The notes under the pieces are model-generated. The model did no database searches. It was given only the letters and a program-made list of their open reading frames with translations, and was not told the DNA's origin. The translations under genes were made by a program, and so were the position numbers. Positions 20,711 to 34,679 of a stretch of 57,423 nucleotides of DNA are shown in pieces. The stretch lies in assembly GCA_044343805.1 (NCBI GenBank), contig JBIJDZ010000004.1, positions 1-57,423 of the forward strand, in the 5' to 3' direction. How positions within the stretch are numbered: position 1 is the first letter of the stretch; each line of letters begins with the position of its first letter. Source of the stretch: Chthoniobacterales bacterium (GTDB lineage Bacteria > Verrucomicrobiota > Verrucomicrobiia > Chthoniobacterales > JACTMZ01).

Positions 20711-21279
20711 AAACACACTTCGCCCCCATCGTTCTCGCCTGTGCCGTGGCCGGATGCTCCTCGGGTCCGCAAGATTTCACGCGAGACTACAGCGCGGCTC
20801 TTGCTGCCCGGCCGGGCGTGGTACTGTCCGGCAACGAGGAGGGCCGGCGTGCCGTGTCACGTTTTGCCGCGCTCTACGGGGATCTCAGCGAGCCGAATGT
20901 GCAGGCCCGAGTTCGTGAGGTTTATGCCGAGGACGCGTGGTTCAACGACACCATTGCAACGGAAGTCGGGATTGATGCCATCGAACATTATTTGCTCAAA
21001 ACGGCCCGCGGGGCCGAGTTGGTCCAAGCGAAAATCGATGATGTGGCTGTTTCGGGCGCGGATTGTTACGTGCGTTGGACGATGGAAATTCGCGCCAAGA
21101 ATCTGGCCGGGGGCCGGCCGATCATCACTTCAGGTATTTCGCGGCTCCGCTTCGACCCCGCCGGTCGGGTCGTCCTGCACCAAGACTACTGGAATCCCGC
21201 CGCGGGCATTTACCAGCATTTGCCCCTGCTCGGGCCAGCCATCCGCTTCGTCAACGGCTTGATCTCGCGTCCCCAGTAA
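20707..21279 (+). CDS. SnoaL/NTF2-like domain lipoprotein
   Basis: Lipobox-like AVAGC; YAEDAWFND..GIDAIEHY..HQDYWN..YQHLPLLG pattern. Confidence 0.75.
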   Translation: MKTHFAPIVLACAVAGCSSGPQDFTRDYSAALAARPGVVLSGNEEGRRAVSRFAALYGDLSEPNVQARVREVYAEDAWFNDTIATEVGIDAIEHYLLKTARGAELVQAKIDDVAVSGADCYVRWTMEIRAKNLAGGRPIITSGISRLRFDPAGRVVLHQDYWNPAAGIYQHLPLLGPAIRFVNGLISRPQ

Positions 21280-21356
21280 TGCCTCGTTCGGCAGACGTCC
21301 GTGCTTCCCAATTTTGTGGCATAAATCGTGCTTGGGAATTAGTTTAGAGTATCCGC

Positions 21357-22817
21357 ATGCAGTCATTTTTCGAGCACTACGACCCGGGCGACTTCTTTGA
21401 TGAAATGTTTGTCGCCCGCGGTGAGGTGCGACCCCACTACCGCATGTTGCTTGAGCGGATGAGTGAAATGTCGGTCGAGGATTTCAACCGCAAGCGGACC
21501 GTTGCCGAAAAATCTTATCTCAACCAAGGGATCACCTTCACGGTTTACAACGACAAGGCGGAGGGCACAGAGCGCATTTTTCCCTTCGACCTGGTCCCGA
21601 GGATCATTGCCAAGGACGAGTGGAAACATGTCGAGAGCGGGCTCAAACAGCGCCTTGCCGCGCTCAATGCTTTTCTCGACGATATTTACCACGACCAGCG
21701 TATTGTCAAAGAAGGCGTAATTCCGGAGGCAATCATCCGCAGCGCGAAGCACTTCCGCCCCGAATTCATGGGGTTCAAAGTCCCCAAGAATATCCACATC
21801 CATGTCTGCGGGTCGGACCTGATCCGCGACCGTGACGGGCGTTATCTTGTGCTGGAGGACAATGCCCGGTGCCCGTCGGGTGTTTCCTATGTGTTGGAGA
21901 GTCGCATGACCATGAAGAGGGTTTTCCCCCAGTTGTTCGCACGCTACGGGGTGCGTCCGGTGGATCTCTACGCGGCTGACCTTCTCGACGTGTTGGAATA
22001 TATCGCCCCGGCATCGGCGGGCGGGGATCCGACAACTGTGGTTCTCACGCCGGGTATCTATAATTCCGCTTACTTCGAGCATTCATTTCTCGCCCGCGCG
22101 ATGGGGATTGAAATTGTGACGGGGGCCGACCTGGTGGTGCAGAACGACCGCGTTTTCATGAAAACGACCAAAGGTCTCAAGCCAGTGCATGTGATTTACC
22201 GGCGCATTGATGATGATTTTCTCGATCCGCAAGTTTTCCGCGCGGATTCGCTTCTCGGCGTGCCCGGATTGGTCGAGGCCTACCGCAAGGGCAATGTGAG
22301 CCTGGCCAATGCCATCGGGACGGGCGTGGCCGATGACAAGGTTGTCTACTATTACGTGCCGGCGATGATCCGTTTTTACCTCGGGGAAGATCCGATCCTG
22401 CCGAATGTGGAAACTTTTTTGTCGGCCGTCGAAAGCGACCGCCGCTACATCCTCGAAAACCTCGGCAACCTCGTGGTCAAATCAGCCAACGAAAGCGGCG
22501 GTTACGGCATGCTGATCGGACCGAAAGCGAGCCGGGATGAAATAGAACATTTCCGCCGTTTGATCGAAGCCGATCCGCGCAATTTCGTGGCGCAGCCGGT
22601 TATCTCCCTTTCCCGCTCGCCCTCGTGGTGCGACGGGGCCATGGAGGGGCGTCACATCGACCTGCGTCCTTTCATTCTTTGCGGCGAGGAGACCCGCATC
22701 ATCCCCGGCGGCTTGACCCGTGTCGCTTTGCGCAAAGGCTCGCTGGTGGTGAACTCTTCGCAAGGTGGCGGAAGCAAGGACACCTGGGTACTCGACGGAG
22801 GGGAGGCCTCATGCTGA
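21357..22817 (+). CDS. Circularly permuted type 2 ATP-grasp protein
   Basis: [79 protein letters not shown]. Confidence 0.93.
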   Translation: MQSFFEHYDPGDFFDEMFVARGEVRPHYRMLLERMSEMSVEDFNRKRTVAEKSYLNQGITFTVYNDKAEGTERIFPFDLVPRIIAKDEWKHVESGLKQRLAALNAFLDDIYHDQRIVKEGVIPEAIIRSAKHFRPEFMGFKVPKNIHIHVCGSDLIRDRDGRYLVLEDNARCPSGVSYVLESRMTMKRVFPQLFARYGVRPVDLYAADLLDVLEYIAPASAGGDPTTVVLTPGIYNSAYFEHSFLARAMGIEIVTGADLVVQNDRVFMKTTKGLKPVHVIYRRIDDDFLDPQVFRADSLLGVPGLVEAYRKGNVSLANAIGTGVADDKVVYYYVPAMIRFYLGEDPILPNVETFLSAVESDRRYILENLGNLVVKSANESGGYGMLIGPKASRDEIEHFRRLIEADPRNFVAQPVISLSRSPSWCDGAMEGRHIDLRPFILCGEETRIIPGGLTRVALRKGSLVVNSSQGGGSKDTWVLDGGEASC

Positions 22818-23767
22818 GCCGAGTGGGTGACTCTACTTACTGGATGGGGCGCTACTTCGAGCGGGCGGAAAATAATGCACGCTTGCTCGATGTGAATGTC
22901 CAGATGCTGCTCGACTATGGAAACCGCCGCGAGGAGACCGAGCAGCAATTCTGGCGTCCGATTTTGAGCACGCTGGAGGACACCGAGCTTTTCGCCGGGC
23001 TGCATAGTGAATTCACCGCAACGGCTGTACTCGAATATGTCACTTTCGAGCAGCGCAATCCCAACTCCATATGGTCCTGCATCAATTATGCTCGCGAAAA
23101 TGCCCGCGCTGTGCGCGACCAGATTTCCAGTGAAATGTGGGAGCAAATCAATGGAACTTACCTCTATTTCAAGGATGGCACAGCCATGCGCGACTTCCGC
23201 GCCAACTCGCACGAGTTTTACGACAAGGTCACCTACGCCTCACAGATGTTCCAAGGGGTGACAGATGCCACCATGACGCATGGCGAGGCTTGGCGGTTCA
23301 TTCAAGCAGGCAAATACATCGAGAGGGCCGATAGCACATCGCGCATTCTTGATTTGAAATACCATATCCTGCTGCCCAGCGGTGAACAAGTCGGCGGCAA
23401 TGTCGATATTTCCCAGTGGATGTATGTGCTGCGCTCCTGCAGCGGCATGGAAGCTTATTTGAAGATTCGCAAAGGCGACGTGTCACCTTGGGGGGTGGCG
23501 GAGTTCTTGATTTGTCACGATGAGTTTCCCCGCTCAATCCGTTACTGCGTGGACCGCCACGACGAGTGTTTGCACGAAATTTCCGGAAGCGACGAAGGGT
23601 GTTTTGCCAACGAGCCCGAGAGGCTTTCCGGCCTGCTGCGCTCGCAACTTGACTACGCAACCATCGACAGCATCTTCAGGACGGGACTGCACGAGTACCT
23701 CGACGCGGTGCAAGCGAGTCTGATCGAGCTGGATGTGGCCCTGCACCGAACTTATTGCGCGTATTGA
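22811..23767 (+). CDS. Alpha-E domain protein
   Basis: [52 protein letters not shown] (duplicated ER motifs). Confidence 0.92.
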   Translation: MLSRVGDSTYWMGRYFERAENNARLLDVNVQMLLDYGNRREETEQQFWRPILSTLEDTELFAGLHSEFTATAVLEYVTFEQRNPNSIWSCINYARENARAVRDQISSEMWEQINGTYLYFKDGTAMRDFRANSHEFYDKVTYASQMFQGVTDATMTHGEAWRFIQAGKYIERADSTSRILDLKYHILLPSGEQVGGNVDISQWMYVLRSCSGMEAYLKIRKGDVSPWGVAEFLICHDEFPRSIRYCVDRHDECLHEISGSDEGCFANEPERLSGLLRSQLDYATIDSIFRTGLHEYLDAVQASLIELDVALHRTYCAY

Positions 23768-23779
23768 GCTGACTTGCCG

Positions 23780-24067
23780 CTATTTGCGTCCCATGCAGAC
23801 GATATCGCAGAGTTCGAGCACGAGAGGTTCAGTGATTCTATAGAGCACGCTCGTGCCCTCACGTTGCGCGGCCACGACATCGGCCTGCCTTAGGACGCGC
23901 AGATGCTTTGATGTGTTGGCCTGCTTGAGGCGGCAGGAGCGGTGGATGTCGCCCACGCTGCGAGGTCCGGCGCGCAGGCATTGGAGGATGCGCAAGCGGG
24001 CCGGGTCGCCCAGCACGGCAAAAAGCTCGGCCAGTCGCTCGAGTTGACGTGGGCTCGGTGTGGTCAT
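23780..24067 (-). CDS. ArsR/SmtB family transcriptional repressor
   Basis: FAVLGDPARLRIL, SKHLRVL..REG..YRI winged HTH; C-terminal CDIVC. Confidence 0.9.
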   Translation of the reverse strand: MTTPSPRQLERLAELFAVLGDPARLRILQCLRAGPRSVGDIHRSCRLKQANTSKHLRVLRQADVVAAQREGTSVLYRITEPLVLELCDIVCMGRK

Positions 24068-24081
24068 TTTTTGCTTTCTTT

Positions 24082-24099
24082 TATTACCATATGGTAATA
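24082..24099. promoter_or_regulatory. Perfect 18-bp palindromic operator TATTACCATATGGTAATA, probable ArsR binding site
   Basis: Perfect inverted repeat in the 43-bp gap between the divergent arsR and MFP start codons. Confidence 0.75.
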
Positions 24100-24110
24100 T
24101 TGCAAGCTTC

Positions 24111-25138
24111 ATGAGCGGGAATTCTTTATGGATCCGGTCGGCCTTGGTGCTGACGGTTGTGCTGGTCGGCTGCGGTAAAAAAGTGCCCGTGGGTCAAAGC
24201 GGTGGCCAGCCTGCGGCGACGGCCGTGCAAGCTGTGCCGGTTGTTTTGCAACCGATGTGGGACGAGGAAGAGGTTGTCGGCGGAGTCGAGGCGGCCCAAC
24301 GGACGGTGCTTTCTGCCAAAGTGACCGGGGTGATCGACGGGATCAAAACTGCACCAGGGGCCATTGTCACCCAAGGGGAGGTTCTCTTGACCATTGATGC
24401 GCGGGAAATCAAAGCCCGGCTTGATCAAGCCGAGGCGGCCAAGGAACAGGCGGAAAAAGATTTCGCGCGAGTCCAAAAGCTCTTGCAGAGCGGGTCGTCC
24501 ACCCGGCAGGAGTTTGACGCGGCAACGACTCGTCTGCGCACTGCAGAAGCCGGCTTGGTCGAGGCTGGCACCATGATGCAATACACCTCGATCGTGGCTC
24601 CATTTGACGGTGTGGTGACCCGCAAACTCGTCGAGGTGGGTGATTTGGCCACACCGGGCAAGCCGCTCTTGGGTATGGAAAATTCTTCGCTCTTGCGGTT
24701 CGAATGCGAGATTCCTGAAGCTTTGGTGGACCGTATCCAAATGGGGTCGGAATTGTCCGTCCGGGTGGACGCCGCTGGTTCGGTGCTCTCGGGTAAAGTG
24801 TCAGAAATTGCCCCGTCCGCTTCGGCGGGCAGTCGCACCTTTCTGGTAAAGCTGGACCTTCCGGCGGCGGAGAAGCTGCGGGCAGGCCAATTCGGTCGCG
24901 TACGAGTTCCGGTGCGGGAGCGTCAGGTTGTGGTCGTGCCCCTGGGCGCGTTGGTGCGTCGCGGGCAGGTGGAGAGTGTTTTCGTGGTGCAGGACAATCT
25001 GGCCCGTTTACGTTTGGTCAAGACAGGACGATCGATCGACGGCAAAATAGAAATCCTCAGTGGCTTGTCCGGTGATGAATTGGTGGTGACCAGCGATCCC
25101 TCGCTTCTCATCGACGGCACGGCAGTGGAGGCCGGGCA

Positions 25139-25142
<4 letters not shown>
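24111..25142 (+). CDS. RND efflux periplasmic adaptor (MFP) lipoprotein
   Basis: Lipobox [18 protein letters not shown] biotinyl-like motif; SRTFLVK; EILSGL. Confidence 0.92.
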
Positions 25143-28426
<3,284 letters not shown>

Positions 28427-28457
28427 TCGGCGGGTCGTCCTTGGCTATACCGTGCTG

Positions 28458-29429
28458 ATGAAGATTTTTGTCACGGGCGGCGCGGGCTATATTGGAAGTA
28501 TTTGTGTCGAGCAGATGCTCGATCGTGGTCATGCGGTCGCGGTGTTTGACAATTTGACCGAGGGACACCGTGCGGCCGTGGACCCGCGGGCGACATTTTA
28601 CGAGGCCGATTTGGCCGATCGCGAGGCTGTCTCGCGGGCTGTCCGCGAATTTTCGCCGGACGCCGCCATGCATTTTGCGGCCAATGCGCTGGTGGGCGAA
28701 TCAATGAACAATCCTTCCAAATATTTCCGCAACAATGTGGCCAACGGGATCAACTTGCTCGATGGTTTGGTCGAACACGGGGTCAACCGCTTCGTCTTTT
28801 CATCGACCTGCGCGACATTCGGAATTCCCGAAAAAATGCCCATCAACGAATCTCTCCCCCAGCGCCCGATCAACCCCTACGGAGAATCGAAGCTGATGTT
28901 CGAGCGCGTCTTGCGTTGGTACGACGAAATCCACGGTTTGCGTTTCACGGCGTTGCGATACTTCAATGCGGCGGGTGCCTCGGAAAAATACGGCGAAGAT
29001 CACCGCATAGAAACGCACCTGATCCCCAATGTCCTCAAGGTGGCGCTCGGACAAAAAGAGGCCGTGGAAATTTTCGGTACAGATTATGAAACGCCGGACG
29101 GCACTTGCATTCGTGATTACATTCATATCCTCGACCTGGCTGATGCGCACATCCGGGCGTTGGATCGTTCGGAGAGCGGTTTTTACAACCTTGGCACCGG
29201 TGGAGGCACTTCGGTGCGGGATGTGATTAAATGCTGCGAGCGAGTCAGCGGAAAAAAAATCCCGGTCGTAGAGAGACCGCGCAGGGCGGGGGACCCGCCA
29301 AGATTGATTGCCGGCTCCGAAAAAATCCGCCGAGAGCTTGGATGGGAGCCCAAATATCAGGATATCGATGCGATCGTCCGCAGTGCTTGGGCTTGGCACA
29401 CTCGCTGCCCGGAGGGCTACGGGGATTGA
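28458..29429 (+). CDS. galE: UDP-glucose 4-epimerase
   Basis: VTGGAGYIGS, FSSTCA, YGESK, LRYFNAAGA, DGTCIRDYIH. Confidence 0.95.
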   Translation: MKIFVTGGAGYIGSICVEQMLDRGHAVAVFDNLTEGHRAAVDPRATFYEADLADREAVSRAVREFSPDAAMHFAANALVGESMNNPSKYFRNNVANGINLLDGLVEHGVNRFVFSSTCATFGIPEKMPINESLPQRPINPYGESKLMFERVLRWYDEIHGLRFTALRYFNAAGASEKYGEDHRIETHLIPNVLKVALGQKEAVEIFGTDYETPDGTCIRDYIHILDLADAHIRALDRSESGFYNLGTGGGTSVRDVIKCCERVSGKKIPVVERPRRAGDPPRLIAGSEKIRRELGWEPKYQDIDAIVRSAWAWHTRCPEGYGD

Positions 29430-29495
29430 GGCTCAGCAAGCTGTTTTGAACATTTGGCTGGCTTCGACGGGTACCTTTTTTAGGCTTTGAGGTTT

Positions 29496-31805
29496 ATGCG
29501 CAAATCCCTCGTCTTCCTTATCTTCCTCACTATGGGGGTGGGGGCGGGACGCGCCCAATTCGGCAGTTTTTCCGACGTGCCGGTGGAGATAAGGGCCGAT
29601 GGCGAGACGCGCTTTGACGGGGGTGTGGCCGTGGCTGAGGACAATGTGCAAATTCATTTCCGCGGTACGGATATTTATTGTGATTACGCTGAATACAATC
29701 CCGAGACCCGCGAGGTGTTGCTGATCGGCAATATCCGCATCTACCATGAGGGAAAGATCCTGAATGGACAGCGCGGGGTCTATAATCTCGAGAAGCGCGA
29801 GCTGAGCGCGCTGGATTTTGACGGTGGCGACCAGATTTACAAATTCAGCGCGGTAAGTCTGCGCGCACCGACCCTGCGGCAATTTCAGGCGCGGGCGTTG
29901 ACTCTCACCACCAGCGACAGCTCCCAGCCGGACTACCGTGTGCGGGCCAAGGGTGCACGTATTTACCCGGATGACAGGGTGATCCTTTCCAATGCCACGC
30001 TTTACGTCGGCGAAACGCCCATCTTCTGGTTCCCATACTTGTATGCGCCGCTCGGCAAAGCCGGGTGGGATATCCAGCCCGGTTACAATTCGACCTGGGG
30101 CGCATTCGGGCTCTTTGGCTACCGTTTCCCGCTGACGGAAAAAATCGATGCCTTGGCCAAATTCGACTACCGCACCGAGCGAGGCGCAGGTTTCGGTATC
30201 GACCTCGACGGAAAATACGGCCCCAATGACTCGAGTCGTGGAAAATTCCGGGCCTATTACGCTTACGACACCAACCCGAGCAGCAATGACACCGCTTTCT
30301 CGCGCAATGATCCGCCCGGTCACGACCGCTGGATCGTCGCTTTCCAGAACCGTCTGGTTGTCAATGAAGACATTTATGCCACAACCGACATCAACAGCAT
30401 CAGCGATGAATATTTCCTGCAGGACTTTTTCCCGTCCGAGTTTGTGGTGGACCCGCAGCCGGATAATAACACGGCGTTCAATTGGCTGACGGAGAACTTC
30501 CAATTCAACCTGCTCGCGCGCTGGCAGATGAACAGTTGGCAAGAGGTGACCTCAAGGTTGCCGGAGTTCAGCTGGACGGCAAAACAGACGCCACTTTTCG
30601 GTTCACCCATTTTTTATGATGGGTCCACGCGCGCCGGTTACTTGCAGCGCAACTTCCCCTCAGGTGAGCAGCCGCAATACATCACCCAGTTGCAGGATGC
30701 TGTTTACAATCCCGGTCAGATTGCCGGACTCAACGATCCGAATAATTACTCCACTTTCCGCTTCGATACCTTCCACCAACTCTCTTTTCCCAAAACCTAT
30801 TTCGGCTGGCTTTCGCTGACGCCGCGCGTCGGCTTTCGCGGAACATACTACAATCGCACGGGAGATTCCGATCCGGATTCATCCACTTACATCGCCGGAC
30901 CTAACGGTGAGTACGGCGCTGGTACGTTCCGGCCAATTGTGAATGCTGGTATCGAGGGGTCGTTCAAGTTATCCGCCAAGTTCGAGCAATTGCAGTCCAC
31001 TTTTCTCGGTTTGGACGGCCTCCTGCATGTGTTCCAGCCGTTTGCCAACTACGCTTGGGTGGAAAATATGGGTCTGTCACCCGACGAAATCCTGCAATTC
31101 GATCGCGTGGTGCCGTCGGCCCAGTTGCCTTCGCTTAATTTTCCCCAATTTGCCATGATTGATGGTATTGACTCGTCGAACATTCTGCGACTCGGTGTGC
31201 GCAACCGCCTCATTACGCGTCGCGACAACGGCAACTTCGAGTGGTTCTCCCTTGAGACCTTTCTTGATGTGAATTTCGACAATCCCTACCTCGACGATCC
31301 GGGACAATTTTCCAATCTTTACAACAACGTTGCATTCTCGCCTGTGCCTTGGTTCACCGTCGGCGCTTACACCCAGCTACCGATTTCCAATGGCGGCTTC
31401 ACCGACGTTAATTCTTACATTAATTGGCAGCCTGTCTCCGATTTTTCGTTGTTTGTTTCTCAGCGCTACATCGAGAGCAGTCCGTATTTCCAGAACGACA
31501 GCCAGGCGACAATGGGAGGTTACTGGCGCATCAACGACAACTGGGCGGTCAGCGCTTCGGGGCGTTATGATCTGAGTTACGAAACTTGGGATGTTCAGCG
31601 ATACATGCTGCACCGTGACCTCAGCTCGTGGCTGGTTTCCGCCGGATTTTTGGTCACCGACAATCGCGCGACGTTCAATGGCCAGAGCGGTGGTCAAGTG
31701 GGTGTCGGCTTCCTGCTGATGATCACGCTGAAAGATGCCCCTCAGGTGAACTTGCCTCTGGCTTTCGATGTCTTGGGCAACCAGCAGCAGGGCCAGCAAC
31801 AATAA
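29496..31805 (+). CDS. lptD: LPS-assembly outer membrane protein LptD (OstA family)
   Basis: Signal peptide; N-terminal jellyroll (AEDNVQIHF..IYCDYAEYN); PIFWFPY; SRLPE; RLGVRNRL; beta-barrel periodicity in the C-terminal half. Confidence 0.8.
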   Translation: MRKSLVFLIFLTMGVGAGRAQFGSFSDVPVEIRADGETRFDGGVAVAEDNVQIHFRGTDIYCDYAEYNPETREVLLIGNIRIYHEGKILNGQRGVYNLEKRELSALDFDGGDQIYKFSAVSLRAPTLRQFQARALTLTTSDSSQPDYRVRAKGARIYPDDRVILSNATLYVGETPIFWFPYLYAPLGKAGWDIQPGYNSTWGAFGLFGYRFPLTEKIDALAKFDYRTERGAGFGIDLDGKYGPNDSSRGKFRAYYAYDTNPSSNDTAFSRNDPPGHDRWIVAFQNRLVVNEDIYATTDINSISDEYFLQDFFPSEFVVDPQPDNNTAFNWLTENFQFNLLARWQMNSWQEVTSRLPEFSWTAKQTPLFGSPIFYDGSTRAGYLQRNFPSGEQPQYITQLQDAVYNPGQIAGLNDPNNYSTFRFDTFHQLSFPKTYFGWLSLTPRVGFRGTYYNRTGDSDPDSSTYIAGPNGEYGAGTFRPIVNAGIEGSFKLSAKFEQLQSTFLGLDGLLHVFQPFANYAWVENMGLSPDEILQFDRVVPSAQLPSLNFPQFAMIDGIDSSNILRLGVRNRLITRRDNGNFEWFSLETFLDVNFDNPYLDDPGQFSNLYNNVAFSPVPWFTVGAYTQLPISNGGFTDVNSYINWQPVSDFSLFVSQRYIESSPYFQNDSQATMGGYWRINDNWAVSASGRYDLSYETWDVQRYMLHRDLSSWLVSAGFLVTDNRATFNGQSGGQVGVGFLLMITLKDAPQVNLPLAFDVLGNQQQGQQQ

Positions 31806-31825
31806 TATCCAGTTTTCCAAAACCT

Positions 31826-33142
31826 ATGAGTAATTCATCCATCAAACTCGCCATCGTCGGTTCAGGATACGTCGGTCTCGTCACGGGCGCCTGCTTCGCC
31901 GAGGTCGGTCACCAAGTCATCTGCGTGGACAACGACCCGCGCAAACTCGAGGCCTTGCGGGCCGGCAAGATTCCGATTTACGAGCCCGGGTTGGAAGATC
32001 TCGTTCATCGCAATGTGGCGGCCAATCGCCTTCGTTTCACGGGCGATATCGGTGAGGCGGTCGATCAGTCCCAGGTTATCTTCATCGCGGTGCCGACCCC
32101 ACCGCAGCCCGACGGCAGTGTTGATCTTTCCTTCATCGAAAAAGTTGCCCGCGAAATCGCCGGCGTGCTCAAGGATTATCGTGTCATTGTCGATAAAAGC
32201 ACCGTGCCGGTGAAGACCGGCGAAAAAGTCGCCGACACGATCCGACGTTACAACAAGCAGAATGCCGAGTTCGACGTGGTCAGCAACCCGGAGTTTCTCC
32301 GTGAGGGATGCGCGGTGAGTGATTTGATGAATCCGGACCGTATTGTCATAGGAGCCTCCAGCGAGAGAGCGGTTAATCTCATGCGCCAGATTTACGAGCC
32401 GTTCAAAGCTCCCATTCTTGCGACCAACATCAACAGCGCCGAACTGATCAAACATGCCGCCAACTCGTTCCTGGCCCTCAAGATTTCCTACATCAATGCC
32501 GTGGCAGCCATCTGCGAGGCCAGCGGCGCGGATGTGGAGATGGTGGCCGACGGCATCGGTATGGACAAACGGATCGGGCGCAACTTCCTCAATGCCGGTA
32601 TCGGCTATGGCGGCTCATGTTTCCCGAAGGACCTCGCAGCTTTCATTGCCATCAGCGACGACCTCGGGGTCCCCTTCACGCTGCTCAAAGAGGTTCAGCG
32701 CATCAACCGCGAGGCGCGGGCGCGCTTTGTCAAAAAAATCCGTGAGGCGCTCTGGGTGTTGCGCGACAAAAAAATTGCCGTGTGGGGGCTGACCTTTAAA
32801 CCAGATACGGATGATGTTCGCTCTTCCGTTGCGATCGACTTAGTCAACGATCTGCTCGGCGAGGGGGCGGAGGTGTGCGTTTACGATCCGAAGGGGGCGG
32901 AAAAGGCGCAGGAATGGAAACTTATCGAAGGTGCGCAATTCGCCGGCTCCGCCATGGACGCGGCCAAAGATGCTGAAGCTCTCGTCATTGCCACGGAGTG
33001 GGATGAATTCCGGAATATTCCCTTGGCCGAGGTAAAGAAAGTCATGCACACCCCGCTCATGTTCGATGGCCGCAATCTGTTCGATCCCCGCACGGTCAAC
33101 GAAATGGGCTTTCGCTACTTCGGTGTCGGGCGAACCGCTTGA
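31826..33142 (+). CDS. ugd: UDP-glucose 6-dehydrogenase
   Basis: GSGYVGLV, FIAVPTP, KSTVP, SNPEFLREG, GYGGSCFPKD, FKPDTDD, DGRN. Confidence 0.95.
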   Translation: MSNSSIKLAIVGSGYVGLVTGACFAEVGHQVICVDNDPRKLEALRAGKIPIYEPGLEDLVHRNVAANRLRFTGDIGEAVDQSQVIFIAVPTPPQPDGSVDLSFIEKVAREIAGVLKDYRVIVDKSTVPVKTGEKVADTIRRYNKQNAEFDVVSNPEFLREGCAVSDLMNPDRIVIGASSERAVNLMRQIYEPFKAPILATNINSAELIKHAANSFLALKISYINAVAAICEASGADVEMVADGIGMDKRIGRNFLNAGIGYGGSCFPKDLAAFIAISDDLGVPFTLLKEVQRINREARARFVKKIREALWVLRDKKIAVWGLTFKPDTDDVRSSVAIDLVNDLLGEGAEVCVYDPKGAEKAQEWKLIEGAQFAGSAMDAAKDAEALVIATEWDEFRNIPLAEVKKVMHTPLMFDGRNLFDPRTVNEMGFRYFGVGRTA

Positions 33143-33984
33143 TCAATCGCCGCGAATTTATGCCTTCTATCGTAGAGTCGCCGCGCGCTCCGGTTGCCGT
33201 TTTTGATTCGGGGGTGGGCGGCCTCACGGTGGTGAGTGCTTTGCGTCGAGAGTTGCCATCGGAAAACATTGTTTATCTCGGTGACACTGCGCGTGTGCCC
33301 TACGGCGGGAAGACTCGCGAAACAATCGAACGTTACAGTGAAGAGATTGCCCGCTTGCTGGTGGGGGAAGGGGCCAAAGTTCTGGTGGTGGCCTGCAATA
33401 CCGCTTCGGCTTTGGCTTTACCGAAGCTGCGCCGCTTGTTGCCGGTTCCGGTAGTGGGCGTGATTGATCCGGGTGTGGAGGCGGCCTTGTCCTCCACGCG
33501 CAACGGACATATCGCCGTGATCGGCACCAAAGCGACGATCGGTAGTGCGGCCTACGAAAAAGCTTTGCTGGCTGCAAATCCGGAGATTCGTGTTACCAGC
33601 ATGGCTTGTCCTCTGCTCGTGCCCTTGATTGAGGAGGGATTGCTGGAAGATGCCATCACCGATGCCGTCCTTGAACGCTATCTGGCTCCCCTGCGCGAAG
33701 CAGATGCCGACACGCTAGTGCTCGGTTGCACGCATTACCCATTGTTGGCCGCGGCGATTTCCAGAGTGGCCGGAGCGCAAGTCACTTTGGTGGACTCAGC
33801 GGCCAACTGCGCCCGGGCAGTTCATTGTCTGCTGAAGCAGCGTGATTTGTGTTTCTCCGGCGACGGGGGAATTCAGCTTGGTTTCACCGATCCGCCGGAT
33901 CGCTTTTTGCAAGTGGCGTGTCGAGTGCTCGGATTGGATACGGTCTCGGCTGAGCAACGTCTGGTTCCGCCACTCTCCAGATAG
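33139..33984 (+). CDS. murI: Glutamate racemase
   Basis: FDSGVGGLTV, DTARVPYG, ACNTAS and LGCTHYP (both catalytic Cys present). Confidence 0.95.
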   Translation: MINRREFMPSIVESPRAPVAVFDSGVGGLTVVSALRRELPSENIVYLGDTARVPYGGKTRETIERYSEEIARLLVGEGAKVLVVACNTASALALPKLRRLLPVPVVGVIDPGVEAALSSTRNGHIAVIGTKATIGSAAYEKALLAANPEIRVTSMACPLLVPLIEEGLLEDAITDAVLERYLAPLREADADTLVLGCTHYPLLAAAISRVAGAQVTLVDSAANCARAVHCLLKQRDLCFSGDGGIQLGFTDPPDRFLQVACRVLGLDTVSAEQRLVPPLSR

Positions 33985-33994
33985 ATGATGTTGC

Positions 33995-34537
33995 TCAAGC
34001 CGCGGCGATCGCGGGTGCGTTCTTTGTTTGCAGTGTGGGCAAAGCCTCACCGCCGAATTTGATACAAAGAAATTTGGCCGAGGGTGTGAGCGGCCGGGTC
34101 TGACCGACAGCTTCATTGACCCCGTGGGCTTTCAAAGCCTGCAAGGTGGCTGCCAACAAAGCCCCGCCGATGCCGCGATTGCGATACTCGATCAACACGC
34201 AGGGACCCGTCACCAAGTGGATGCCGTCTTCCGGTTGCGGTTGGTAGATCGAAGCCGCGATGACGCGGTTGCCGTGTTGTACAAAGAGCCCGTAGGCTTC
34301 GTCCTCGAAGGCTTTGATAACTCCGGGCAGGACCACTTCCTCGATGTGCTTGCCGCAACCGCTCCATTCATGATCGAGGTTGTAGCTGGCCTTGACGACG
34401 CGCAACGCTTCCTCAAGTTCTGGTTTGTCTGCAGCGCGTAGCACGTAGGGATGGGGCAACTCTTCGGTTGCCAGAGTTGCATCCGCCAATTTCCAGCGGA
34501 AACGGGTGAGCGTTATTGGCTTTGAGGGAATCGGCAT
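33995..34537 (-). CDS. GNAT family N-acetyltransferase
   Basis: V..EYRNRGIGGALL acetyl-CoA binding motif A. Confidence 0.75.
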   Translation of the reverse strand: MPIPSKPITLTRFRWKLADATLATEELPHPYVLRAADKPELEEALRVVKASYNLDHEWSGCGKHIEEVVLPGVIKAFEDEAYGLFVQHGNRVIAASIYQPQPEDGIHLVTGPCVLIEYRNRGIGGALLAATLQALKAHGVNEAVGQTRPLTPSAKFLCIKFGGEALPTLQTKNAPAIAAA

Positions 34538-34584
34538 GTCTTCGTGTTCGATATGTTATGAGCCGCGGCGGTCGTCGCGAGATA

Positions 34585-34629
34585 CCCACCATATAGTACC
34601 CAAGACGGCCGTTACCACAACAGTTAGTG
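34585..34629. promoter_or_regulatory. Tandem NrdR-box-like motifs
   Basis: CCCACCATATAGTA (34585-34598) and CACAACAGTTAGTG (34616-34629) match the core CACwAtATaTwGTG at about 10/14 and 11/14; their starts are 31 bp apart. Confidence 0.45.
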
Positions 34630-34679
34630 ATCCGAAGCTCAGCATTGGACCGAGCAATGTAGATTCGCCGTTAGCGGAG

